64,000 nt of DNA from Paraspadella gotoi. Lineage: Eukaryota; Animalia; Chaetognatha. Each line of letters starts with the position of its first letter. The stretch's first letter is position 1. Below the pieces are notes generated by a model that was not told the DNA's origin, ran no database searches, and was given only the letters and a program-made list of their open reading frames with translations. The position numbers and the translations under genes are program-made. This document shows, in pieces, positions 1 through 17,502 of the stretch. Where the stretch lies: contig CM119263.1 in NCBI GenBank assembly GCA_051294375.1, positions 10,365,275 through 10,429,274 on the forward strand, in the 5' to 3' direction.

Positions 1-30
<30 letters not shown>

Positions 31-33
<3 letters not shown>

Positions 34-679
34 CTGTGACAATTAAGACGAATCAGATTTCCTTAATTGCTTCATCTCGTCTTTCTTCCTTCGATCGTCC
101 ATCATCGTTTTTGAAACTTTAAATCATCATCTACGCATCACAAAGACGACGACGATGACGACGACGACGAGGACGATGATGACGGCAACGACGACGACGA
201 CGACGACATCAAGGACAATGAAAATGAGATTGAAATAATAGAAGTTAATGATAGTGATATTGATGGAGATAAGTTCGGCAATAAAGAAGGGAAGGATGTC
301 AGCAAAGACTGACATACACAGAGGGACGATCGTGGATTTCTGACGACATCGATAACCATGATGACAGGGATAAGGAAGACAAAGATGAAGAGGACAACGA
401 CGAGAGGATGAAGAAGACAACGACGACGAACGAGTTAAAATTAATTAATTCGATTAGTTGTATTACGTTGAGCTAAGACGACGACGACGAAAATAACGAA
501 CTACCGTAAATTATCCGCGTGAAAAGGAAGAAAGGAGTTCCTTTTTTTCCTCAAAATTGTTCGATTTAAAAATCTTAAGATTTTGCCGAAATTTTGTGGG
601 TCATAAACGATAGCAGGGCAAAGGAGCGTTGATAATTAAAAATATAGCAAACTAACAAGCTTTAATGTCTCTCTCTCTC
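31..679 (+). repeat. Copy A (clean) of a ~0.65-0.7 kb direct duplication
   Basis: Colinear with ~1889-2570, e.g. GACGAATCAGATTTCC, GAGTTAAAATTAATTAATTCGATTAGTTGTATTACGTTGAGC and CAAAGGAGC occur in both in the same order. Confidence 0.9.
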
Positions 680-1037
680 NNNNNNNNNNAAATAACGAAA
701 ATCCTCTCCGTTGAAGTTTTTTTTTTGTTCTGAAATAGCGCAGTAACGCATTTAAATCGACATTTTTGTTAAGGGAAAGAGTCATTAAGAGTTAAACCGA
801 AGAATATAAAAGATGAAGAATGAAAAAAAAAACAAAAAACCAAAGAATAAGTAAAAATATACATTATCTTTGGCGGATTGATATGAGGTTCTGTTCGCAT
901 CTACTACTTTCGTTCGTCTCTTTATCAGATATCAGATATCAGATCAGATAAAGACGGGTCGTCCTAATTTAGTTGTTGTTGTTATTATTGACGGAGAATT
1001 TTAACAGCCGGATTATTCGCCGTCTTATTTTTCTTCT

Positions 1038-1069
<32 letters not shown>

Positions 1070-1220
1070 TTAACCGTCACCTCCCGTTGCGACCTCCCGA
1101 CTTGAGGACGAGAGAGGGCGCGACCGTCGAAATTGTCAGTCGTCGCCGCTAATTTTCGATGTCATTTTGATCTTTTGTCTTTTTTTGGGTCTCTGGGCCG
1201 CGAGTGGTCAAGTGATCTTT

Positions 1221-1263
1221 GGGTCAGAGGGTCAATGGGTCATCCGGTTTAAGTCACGTGACT
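1221..1263. promoter_or_regulatory. Candidate cis-regulatory cluster: three GGGTCA half-sites in DR2 spacing plus a palindromic E-box
   Basis: GGGTCA-ga-GGGTCA-at-GGGTCA at 1221-1242; perfect 12-bp palindrome AGTCACGTGACT at 1252-1263. Motif match only. Confidence 0.25.
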
Positions 1264-1739
1264 GGATAGAATTGCTTTGAAATTAAGCGAGAAGAAATCC
1301 CGAAATTTAAATATTAGCATCATAACAGTTTCGCCTGAATTTTCCTGAAACTACCATTAATGAAATGTGATGTAATGTAATGGTTTCTTGTCATCGTAAA
1401 TCGTAAATGCAGCTGAAATTAAAATTACAATTAGACGAAAAAAATTATTATTTTTTCGACATTACGGCAACTCAAAATAAAGCAAATAAAGAACATTCCT
1501 ACCATCGAACATGGTTTTTAAGGCGTTCTTAAAAGAATCGCGTGATTTATTTCACGAAACCACAGTTTCACAAATCTAATTTTTAGTTCTAAATTTTGAG
1601 GGAAAATATAAAAAGTTAAAAATATTCGTTAAAAAAAACCCGGCGAAGTGGAGGTCAAAACAGGGGGAAATATGTATTTAGTATGTTAAAATTTTATGTG
1701 TTTAGGAAGTCGAACAATAAAACGGAAATGTTGCGGTTT

Positions 1740-1764
1740 NNNNNNNNNNNNNNNNNNNNNNNNN
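1740..1764. other. 25-N assembly gap
   Basis: Exactly 25 N, followed by an error-rich duplicate of upstream sequence. Confidence 0.95.
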
Positions 1765-1780
1765 AGGTTCCCGTTGGTCT

Positions 1781-1825
<45 letters not shown>

Positions 1826-1888
1826 GAGAGAGAGCTACGAGGAAGCGAGTAGAGGAGATGAAGTGGAGCAGAGAGAGAGAGAGAGACG

Positions 1889-2570
1889 ATCTGTGGACCT
1901 TCATTAAAAGACGAATCAGATTTCCTTTAATTGCTTTCATCTCGTTTTCTCCTTCGATTCGTCCATCAATCGTTTTTGAAACTTTTAAATCATCATTCGA
2001 TCACAAGACGACGACGATGACGACGCGAGATGACGTGATGAGGGACGACGCGGACTCAGACAATCGAAAAATGAGATTGAATAATAGATTTGATAGTGAT
2101 ATTGATTGAGATAAGATTGGCAATAAGAAGGGAAAGGATGTCAGCAAAGACTGACGATACACAGAGGACGCATCGTGGATAATTTTGACGTACAATCGAT
2201 AACGATGATGACAAGGGATACTGAGGTAAGACAAAGTAGATGAAGAGACAACGACGGAGGGATGAAGAAGACACGACGCGAAGCGAGTTAAAATTAATTA
2301 ATTCGATTAGTTGTATTACGTTGAGCCTAAGACACGGACGACGAAAATAATACGAACTACCGTATAATTTTTCCGCGTCCTGTGAAAAGAGGAAGTAAGG
2401 AGTCTTTTTTTCCTCGTCACAAAATTGTTCGATTTTAAAAATCTTGAAGATTTGCGCTCGATAATATTTCGCTGGGTCAGCATAACAGATAAGCAGCGCA
2501 AAGGAGCTTGATACATGTAAAACATATAGCGCATAAAGCTAACAAGCATATTAAACTCGTCTGCTCTCTC
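1889..2570 (+). repeat. Copy B (indel-rich) of the ~0.65-0.7 kb direct duplication
   Basis: Same sequence order as 31-679 with many 1-2 nt insertions. Confidence 0.9.
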
Positions 2571-2893
2571 GCTCTCTCCTCTCTCTCTTATGCTCACTGT
2601 CCCTCTCCTCTCTCTCCTCTCAGTCTCCGGTTAACTCCCTGAAAATATAACTGAAAAATGGCAAAAAAAGTTCTTTGTCTTAATTTCTCGGTCACAATCC
2701 GCATCATGCGCCGCTTCATCGTTTGAATTTTCTTCCAGCTGTCCTCGGTAAAGAACGTTAGGGTCATTATTTTTATTTTTAGCTACATGTTTTTTCTCTA
2801 CCCGATGACGTTGTTGTGTGGAGACTCGTCCGTTGGGCGAAAGAGGTGATAAACACATAAAACAAAGGCAGCGGTTCCTTTTACATCGATTTA

Positions 2894-3510
2894 CTCGGCA
2901 TGGAGTGCACAAGAATGAGATGTCCCGGGATACGTTTCCGGACCTTTGGGTTACAGCAAAAAAAGGTAATCAAATTATTTTTCCTAAGATGACACCAGTT
3001 TTTTATAAATTAATATTAAAATTAAGCTATATAAATCAATAAAGTGAATAAAAACATGTTAAAAATGGTTTGAGTCTTTTTTTAAAAATAAAAAAATATC
3101 AATGCATCATCCATAATCTACTGTAACATGTTTCTTTCGTTTGAAAAGTCCATAAGGCCATTATTCTATCTTTAATAGTTTATTTTGTAATTAATTTTTC
3201 TTTATTAAATATTATTTTAATTTTTTTTCAAAATAATTTAAATTAAAAAAAAATTATAACTATGCAATGATTGAAGAAAGAATTTTATATTATAAGGGAC
3301 TTACCTACCTTAATATATCGGCCCTTCAAATACAATATATAGTAAGTTTATTTATGATGATGTTTTGACATTAGAAAATAAATAATTTATAAAAATTAAA
3401 TATATGAAAAATTTTATACTTTGAATTTTTTTCTAGGCATAAATTAAACATATATTATTAATTAATTGTTCATGATGCTATTTAATAGCTAACTGGTCAG
3501 TTGTATTATT
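2894..3510 (+). repeat. Left terminal inverted repeat
   Basis: Anchors ATGCATCATCCATAATCTA (~3102), TTATTCTATCTTTAATAGTT (~3161), ATAAGGGACTTA (~3292) and CTGGTCAGTTGTAT (~3493) all have reverse complements in 5535-6167. Confidence 0.85.
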
Positions 3511-5534
3511 CAATTATAATAGAATTTCTCATACTTTTTTTTTAATTTTTAGTAATACTGACTGGCTATATTTACTCTACTGTTTGCGAAAAATCCTAAC
3601 GAAATTACTGGTATTAAAAATTATTGTATGAAACAGACGAAACTTTTTTCTTTAAATCACATGCTATTTAATTGTTTGAACTGATATAATTTATCCTGGA
3701 CATAAATTTAAAAAGTTTTAACAATCCCAACTAGACCATTTTTAAGGCCAAAAGTTTAGGTTGTTTAAAAAAAACTTGCAAGATCCAAAAAAAAGTAATA
3801 AAATAAAAAGTTATTTCTTGAATATTCTTTTGAAAAAAAAGAGGTAGCAAGGTGGTGTGTGGTATCAAATTAAAAGCCGCTAATCAATGGGACATATTTC
3901 TAGAACAGTTTTGTTTTAAATTTTGATCCATAGAATTCTTTAAACACAGTTTTTATTTAAATACGAGTTAGAAAGTATAGACAGTTTTTTGCAATTACAA
4001 ATTCAAAGTGAAAGGCATATAAAAATTTTTTTTTTTGTTTTTCTTTTGGTAAAATTAAAAGAGGAAAGTCTGAATTACATTTTAATTACCATTAAATTTT
4101 CTCTAAACTTTTAAAATTTTGCATTTTTTTTGTATTTTTCAGTTAAAGTAAAAAACAGGAAAAAATATTTGTAGTAGCATTGATAAAATGTTTTTTTAAG
4201 TATATAACAAATGATAAAATAATAAAAATGCTTCTCAGCATGATATAACAGTCTGGACGTCCTACCTTCTTGTCTGTTGAAAAAAAAAATAATCATTTTT
4301 CATTAATCTTTAACTGCAAAGAAAAAGCTTGATTATAACTGCTTGTTTATTCAATAATAAAATGTTTTAAAAATTACTTAAGTGCTGACAATATTTGACA
4401 AAGCAAGACATCATTGGTGTGAATTGTATTGGTAATTTTCTTGTTAAATAAACAACGGCTTTATAAAGGGAATTTAATTCTATCATTTATCATCCATTTT
4501 TAAATTAAGAAAACAAAAAATTCCGCGAAGTGGTTTCATTGACTGAACTTAAATGATTGCATTTTTTAAGGTTTCTTTACTGACCCCATTACGCCTAGAC
4601 ATAAAAGGTCATTATTAATCATGTGGTCATATTGTACATGATTTTCCTCTAACCCTTTATGCACCGTGAATTCTTGAATTTTTCTTTTTTTTCCCTTTCA
4701 AATGTATAAATTAAAAAAATTATAGGTAGAGGAACGTCAGCATTCGGAGGATACGGTTGGTAAGCCTTAGTTACCAGTAACGAAGGGTGCAACACCCGCA
4801 AAATTAGAGGTGGGGTAGCCGGGATCGGGGTTAGTAAGGCTTCAGGCCAACTTCCCGATCAAAGTTACACGAAGGTTTTTTTTTTTTGCATTCTTATTCT
4901 TAGACATAAATCTACACCTATTGGTGGAGTGTTTATTTTTTAATTTTTACCATTCTATTATCGCGTAACTAAAAACGTTTTGCCGTTCCAAAATATGAAA
5001 AGTAACGCTTTATCAAAAATTAAAAATATATATGGATTACTATAAGTACTTAACAAATATATCTTACTCGATAGTTGTTATTATTACGTTAGTGTTAGAA
5101 GGCTTGTGATGGCGCCACTCGAACCAGGATATAAAAAAACTGTTAAATATACTGACTTTTCTGTCGCATATGCGTGTGAAGACAGGAGGCGTGCCTACTG
5201 AATATAAGTTAAAACCTACAAGCAGTCCCGAATATACAAATATTTATACATCAATTTGAGACAACCTTAAAAATGTCTATGTTGTTGGGAATTTGTTTTA
5301 AACTTTTTTTAAATTTTGTCCACAAGGAGACATAGTTCATATTCAGTTCACACACCAAGTTAAAATTAGCCGATGTGAGGTGAAAAAAAGTTTTCGGTGT
5401 GTTTATGACATAATTTTAATACCCAAGTAATTTGATTGTGGATTTTGTCAAAAAAGGTAAGTAACATATATGGCATCAGTAACGGGTAAAAATAAAGAGA
5501 GTTGAGACAAAATTATTATAGATTGTGGAGAATG

Positions 5535-6167
5535 CATACAACTGACCAGGTAGCTAATGTAAGCATCATTGAGACAATTAATTATATAATTATGTTTATT
5601 ATTGCTAAAAAAAATTCAAAGTTAAAATTTTTTTCATATATTTATTTTATAATTATTTATTTCTATGTTAATCATTAATAATGAACTTACTATATATGTA
5701 ATTTTGAATGGCCTATAACTAGGGTATTTTTGCTAAGTCCCTTATCAATATAAGTATTATATTTCTTCAGAATGATTTCTGGTCATAAGTGTATATTTTT
5801 TGTAATTATAAATTATTATGAAAAAAAAATGTAAAATAAATATTTTAATAAAAAAAATGAATTACAATAACTATTAAAGATAGAATAATGTATGGACTCA
5901 AACGAAAGAAAAGTTGGTTCATAGATTATGGATGATGCATGATATTTTCCATTTTTTAAAAAAAATTTAAAACCATTTTAAATTTTTTTTTATTCTACTT
6001 TATTGATTTTTATAGCTAATTTTAAATATGTAAATTTATAAAAAAACTGTCCACTTAGGAAAAATTTGATTAGGCGTGTTATAGTTGATGTAGGGCCCAG
6101 GAGAGGGTCTTGGATAAGTCGTTATCAGCCCGTGTACAATGCTCATTTGTGTGCACTCCATGCCGAG
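5535..6167 (-). repeat. Right terminal inverted repeat
   Basis: ATACAACTGACCAG (~5536), TAAGTCCCTTAT (~5734), AACTATTAAAGATAGAATAA (~5869), TAGATTATGGATGATGCAT (~5922), GTGCACTCCATGCCGAG (6151-6167). Confidence 0.85.
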
Positions 6168-6369
6168 TAATATGCCTATCAGAGTGGTATAGAAAGGGTA
6201 ACCCGAGATTGGAAGGAGTACTGAGCATTGCGAATTAGCTGATTGATCAATTGAGCGTACAGCGAATCAGCAGCAACAACTCAGTTAGACTGCAAGTGGG
6301 CCGTGGAGTGATGCTAGGGCTTCAACGTCGTCATGGCGGGTGTGAGAGAGTCTCTGCACCATTGCGAGG

Positions 6370-8753
6370 GTCTTCACTCACTCCATTTACGATTATGATC
6401 AAAAGTCAGACGAATGACAGGGCCGGTGTTGGCAAGGGGTGTGCGAAGTGCTTATCGTCGCGTGGGAAGAAAACTTCGCTCAAAACTTGAAAAAGAAAAT
6501 GAAAAAACAACACTAAAATAGGAAAAAGTTTAAAAACTCTAAAACATTAATAATTTTACTGTCTTGACATCTCGCGAATTCATCAATCAAAAACCTTCCA
6601 AACCCTCTTTAGCTCTTTATTATGAGTTGTTACTTTTTTTTTTAGGGGGGGCCAAAGGAAGATAAGGAGGAAAGAATGAAAGAATTGAGGGCAAGCACCC
6701 ACGGTTTAAACGGCAATTCGTTAGAGAGAGGATAACCAAGAAGAACTGACCGATGACAGTATATTACGAAGTTGAATGTATGAGAGAGAGGAAAGAATTG
6801 TGAAAAAATAATATGGATGCTATGTATTTGTAAATTTCGCCTGAGATCTCTATAAGGAGGCTCTTCTGCGAATTAAGTGTATGGTATACGGAGCGTTAGG
6901 TAGCCAAGGATGGAGGGAAAGGATACGTTTTGAAAGGGACTGCGGGCGCGACGGGGACAGTCATACTGACACGGCCGCTGAGAGCCGCTGAGTTCCTCAG
7001 GGGGGGGTGGGCTAGCAGCAGGGAAAGTGAAGTGAAAGAAGAAAGAGAAAGGGAATCTCGCGTCAAGAGTTAGAGCTCACACATGTGAAGGAGGCTACAG
7101 GATAACGACAAGCTACAGAAATGGAAAAAATGGGATTACATTCTTACTACCCGTACTGGAACTCTTCTCTTCACATGATTGTCTCATGTTCTCATGACGG
7201 GCGGGGAGCTAGGTCGACTCCTCGTAGGCTCTTGCGCCTGAGGTGTTGGAAAGGTCTTGAGGACAATGGCGTTCGAGCGAAAGACGATTCGCGGGGCAAA
7301 ATAGGCGGCAGATGCTTCGGGCGGAGTTATAGGGTTATTGAGATAAATCCGACTTGTAATGTGGTGACCTGCTGCGGACGGAGCGTCGAGCAGTGGCGGC
7401 GACCTTGGCGGGTCTTGGGCACAACGTACTACGCCATCATCCCTTTCTCCACCTCCGCCTCCGACAGCTCGATCGTCGCTCTCACACCATATATCGGTCT
7501 CTCTCTCTCTCTCTCACACACACACATTGTCTTTAAAGGTGATAGCAGAGCAGTTTCGAACGTCAATAAATCTAATTGGATTTTCTTATATTTTTGACAG
7601 TCTCGTAATTTTTAATTATTTCCAATTCAGCTTTTCCAGCACTGATCTTTCTGCTGCTTTGAGAATGACCAAAGCTATTTTTTTGTCACTGAATGTAGTA
7701 CGTAGACTGGTTCTTTCATATGGATTTTCAAACGTATTTACAAAAAGTTAAGTAGATTCTTATAGTAAATTTAATTTTTTTTTTTTTTTGGTTTCGCACT
7801 GTCTAAAACGGATTAACAAAAAAAGTCGAAACGAAATTAAAACAAAACAACGACAACAAAAAAGTCAAAAGTGAAGGGCGAAGCTTAAGCGCGAAAACAA
7901 TGTTTGAAATAAAAAGAGAGAAAAAAAAATAGAATAAAACGGAAGGAAAAAGAAGGAAAGAGTCAAAAAGTCAGAGGCCAACAAAACTCATTTATATGCA
8001 AAAGTTCTCAGATCCTATGGCATCCGGTCGCGACCACACCCTTCGTTCCCCGACCCCATGGATCGAACCAATCGCCTCCTTCCCTTCTAAACCGTTTTAG
8101 TGTAATGTGACCCTCGACTTCGCCTCCTTTTCTTTCTTATCTTATTTTTTGTATTTCCCCTTCTTTTCTTATCCCTTTTCCTCCTCCAGTTCCGTCCACG
8201 ATCCAAATTGCTTATAATAAAAATATTTATACATACATCGAAAATAAGAATAGAATTAACAGGTTAAAACGGCGCAGTTTCCACTTTTATCTCCATTCTT
8301 TCGATCACCCTGTAAAATTCCATCTCAATTCCGAATTCGCGCCCCCTTTCGGAAATTCGGCTTCCCTCCGCCAATCAAGCCGGTTCTCGCGTAGAACCAA
8401 GATTCAAATACACGAGTAACGAGAATATCGAGAGAGGAGGAAGAGAGAGAGAGAGAGAGAGAGAAGAGAGAAAAAAAAAATTACGAAATCAAATGTCTCA
8501 TTTCGTTCTCCCTTCGTTTCTCCTTTCTTTGGATTCCCCCTTAATATTTTAACCTTCTTTTCCTTTTCTGAGATTTCCCTCACTCCTTTTACTATATATT
8601 CTCCCCCGTATCTATCATCCCTTCCATTTTCTCATTTTCATTTCTCCCCATTTCCTTTCTTTTTTCCGATCCAATTTCTTCCTTTCCTACTTTTTCACCA
8701 CCGTAATTTTCTCGACGCACAGACTCTAAATAAATAATCGCAATATAGAGAAA

Positions 8754-8807
<54 letters not shown>

Positions 8808-11070
8808 CTTCTCTCTCTCCTTTAACCGAATCAGGGTCATTATGTCCCTCCTTACCCGTGGGAGAGTAAGTCACTGAAATGAAGTCCTGGAACATTCTTG
8901 AATTGGCGGAACCAATCTTATTATCAGGGCTTCCCGCCCGAGTCAAGGTGAGGACGAGATTTCACGAGGAAAGTTTAGTTGGCTTTCATCACAACGACGC
9001 TTTTTCCAGCAATAAAAAAATTCTAAAAAAATCTCTACAGGGCCCTAGGAGTGGAGTTTTTTTCCTTAATACGCATAATATGGCTTAAAATTTTGTATCT
9101 CAGATTCGTCGAAGGTGGGTGAACTATATCGTCTCGTGGGCAACCTCGGCACACCTAACTTACCTTAACTTCCCCCCCTGCCCGTCCCTCGACGGGGCTG
9201 CCCCGCTTCGCACCGCTCGCTCGCCTTATATCCTTCGTAATGGCGATCATTTCGCCCGGGGAACGAGGCCGCGCGCGACCTTTCCTCTTATTTATAGAAC
9301 AGAAATAAAGAAAGAGGCAGATAGAGAAGAGAGAGATTTAGAAAAGAAACGATTTTTTTTTTCGGGAAAAAAAATAAGTTTCCTCAAATCGCATTTCTAT
9401 CACGGGATATGATTCGTTTTGCAGATTTCGTTTTGATTAATTTGAAAGAGGGACGAAACATCCAGTTACTGACATGTATTTGTATTTATTAGTTCGTATC
9501 TAGATGATTTAAAGTTTTAAAGAGGTAAAGTGGTTAAATATTTTAAAGCTTTGTCGTCTTGGAGCCACAGTGAAATTAAAATCACGATCCGAACTTTTTT
9601 CGATTCTCGTCATCATCGACCGCGCCCTCCACTTCTCTGATTCATCAAGTACTTCCGCCTCTTGTCATCAACACCCCCCTCTCTCCGCCGAGCCGATCCC
9701 CTGTTTTCATCGAACCATCGCGATCGCCATCCCGCCGTCCTCATTTCCGTTTTCGTTTAATTAAAGAAGAGACGGGACGACGCGACTCCGAATGAAAGAC
9801 GTCCAAGGAAATAACGTTATTTAGGCAAATATAGTATTTTAATGTTTACTAATGCTTGAAATATTTATTGATAGGAATGTGAGCCTTAAAACTCTTAAAG
9901 GTCTCAAAAAATGATTTTAAATTCGATTTTTTGTTAAACAGATTAAACAACAGACTGTAAAGTTATCAGACTTGAGCGACAAAGATATTCGCTTTTTTCT
10001 GACCGGGACGTCGCTGTCTTTATTTTCATTAACGCATTCTCCGAGTGTCCGCCACGCCATTAACACCTTTTCAGAGCATCTGTCATCGTTTGTCCAAAAT
10101 TCAAAACAATAAATTCTCAATGATATAAGACGACGGTTAGTTTAAAAATCATGGCATTGAAGCGGAGACAAAATTTACTCGAAGATTGTTGTACGAGGAA
10201 AGGGCAAATAAATAAACTAAACATTCTGACAAGAAAATTAACAAAATTTTTTTTTGTTTTCTTTTAAAAGGATGAGCAAATATCAGACATCAATTTTTTA
10301 GTCTCAGTCTTAGTCAAGAAGAATGACGGAAAAGAAAGGAAAAAAAAAGGTTAATTCAAGAAATGGGTCAGGAAATGAATAATATTTCGATTTCATTCTA
10401 TTCTTAATCTTATTCGATGACTCCTTTCCCCATCTCATTCCATTTCATCCACCAGAAGCAGTCATTCCATCCGACATCATGTCGTGCGCCTCGACCTCGG
10501 CCAAAGCGATTTAACATTCGATTACACCGAATAACTTTTCTTTCCGCTTTGACGGGATGATATCTGTACCCTACGAATAAAACGTTCCCCACGCACAGTT
10601 TTTAGAAAGAACTACCGGTTTAAACTCGTGTTCAAACGACTTTTGGCATGAAAATCTTGGAAAGAGTAATCACGGCAAATGAAATTTAGTTCCAGATTTA
10701 TATTAAAAGGGATCTTCAGACTTTTTGAATAAACAACCGCAACTCGGTATTTTAACTACTAAGTCTTTTTTTAAAACTTTTTTTATTTGCATCTTTCTCT
10801 CATCTTTTCTTTTCTGTACTCTTCTTTCAGGGCCTCAAATGATGGTCCCGACCTGTATTTTTTTTTCCCTTTTACCAGCAGAAATTATGAAAGGTACCAT
10901 TGCACCTCAATGTTCAGTTGGAATAGTAATGTTGATGAAAGGTGCAAGCATTGTTATCTATGTCCCTGGAAAGAGAAATCTCTCTCTCTCTCTCGTTCAA
11001 TTTGTAAATATACAATTATACATCTCTCTCTCTCTCTCTCTCTCCTTTCTCTCTCTCTCTCTATCTCTTC

Positions 11071-11120
<50 letters not shown>

Positions 11121-12105
11121 AATTAATCAGTGGTTGACTGGTTCGTATAGAATCTATTGATTTTTTTGCCTCGCTATATTAACAAAAGAAGTTGGAAATT
11201 TCTTTAAAAAAATGAGTGAATCATTAAAACAAAAAGACAAATGAAAAGGAACAAGCTAAAGAATTCTTGTTTTCCTTTTTTTTCCCTTTTTAAATAGGGA
11301 ATTTCTTCTTTGTTTTCGGGTTCGTCTTTGTTTTTAAAGAGACTTTGGAAGAAAAATTGTCGGAATCATTCATTTTCCCAGCTGAACAAACTTTAGTGGA
11401 GAAAGATGGAGGGAGCGGTGGGCTGTCGAATGGAGGGGGGGTGGCAGGGGGCGCGTCGGTGGTACAAAATCAGAGAAACGCGAGAAGAAAAAAAAGTGAA
11501 GAAATGAAAAGAGAGATTAACGAATAAAAACAAATGAACCCGAGAGAAAACAAAGGGGAAAATCCGCGATCGTCGCCTGACAGATCGTGGAATCTAAGTA
11601 CGTCGAGAGCCCGAAATTTAAGATTCTAAACGTGCACACTACTCACTGCCGTCTCATATCTCTCTTTCATACTATTGAAGAATATATCACACTGACCGAA
11701 CGCCAGTTTTCGAACGCTTCAAAAGGGCGTCTTTGGAATTATAATCTTGGAAAATGCAAATAGTTTTTTTTTTCAAAAAAAGAGGGATCATCGATTTACT
11801 TATTTTTATTTGAAATGAAAAGAAAAACTACGTAGTACAAAGCTTAGAGTAACTGTGTCGAGTGGCGATCCTACTTAAAATCTCCTCAGTCGCAAAGGAA
11901 ACAAGGCAGACTAAAACGATATCAATTGAAAACAAAGCCATCACAAAGTTGTTTCCTGGAAATTGGCCTTGAAAATCGTCGCTCGATCTTATTTTGTCTT
12001 CTTCATTTTCCTTTTTTTTTTTCTTCAAGTCCATTATTTTCTCTTCAAGGTCGAAAACGCTATATTTTTTCTCGTAATACTTTTCGAATCGATCGCGTCT
12101 CACTG
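6370..12105 (+). repeat. Copy 1 of a ~5.2 kb tandem duplication (its first bases lie at ~2810-2870, left of the transposon)
   Basis: ~7510-12105 is nearly identical to ~12700-17277; ~6370-7500 is a very noisy, expanded match to ~12240-12700. Confidence 0.9.
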
Positions 12106-17277
<5,172 letters not shown>

Positions 17278-17460
17278 CGCATGCGCGGTTTTCTCTCGTG
17301 AGGGTGACTTTTCCAGTTGTTTTTTTTCATCTTTTATCTCCTACTTGTTCCATAATTTATGTTCTCTTTTCTATTCCCCGCAAATTCGAGCTCCGTTTCA
17401 AGTGTCCCTGCGATGTTGATTTGGTAAATGTTTTTTTTATTTCAGAATATTTCTAAGATG

Positions 17461-17502
17461 TTTTCTATTTTTATATTTTATGAAGGATTTAGTATTTAAT
17501 CT
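17461..17502 (+). repeat. 42-bp dispersed repeat fragment, copy 1
   Basis: TTTTCTATTTTTATATTTTATGAAGGATTTAGTATTTAATCT is identical at 52182-52223. Confidence 0.75.

Larger units (their letters stand above)
2894..6167. mobile_element. Putative non-autonomous DNA transposon, ~3.3 kb, with ~620 bp terminal inverted repeats and TA flanks (Tc1/mariner-type target site)
   Basis: Left end TA|CTCGGCATGGAGTGCACA; right end TGTGCACTCCATGCCGAG|TA. Inverted similarity continues inward to ~3510 and ~5535. The flanks are contiguous in the sister copy at ~12120-12330. No transposase ORF visible. Confidence 0.75.

Noticed and set aside
7121-7597. 158-aa ORF
   Set aside because: Lies in noisy sequence, is absent from the sister copy, and has no recognisable domain.
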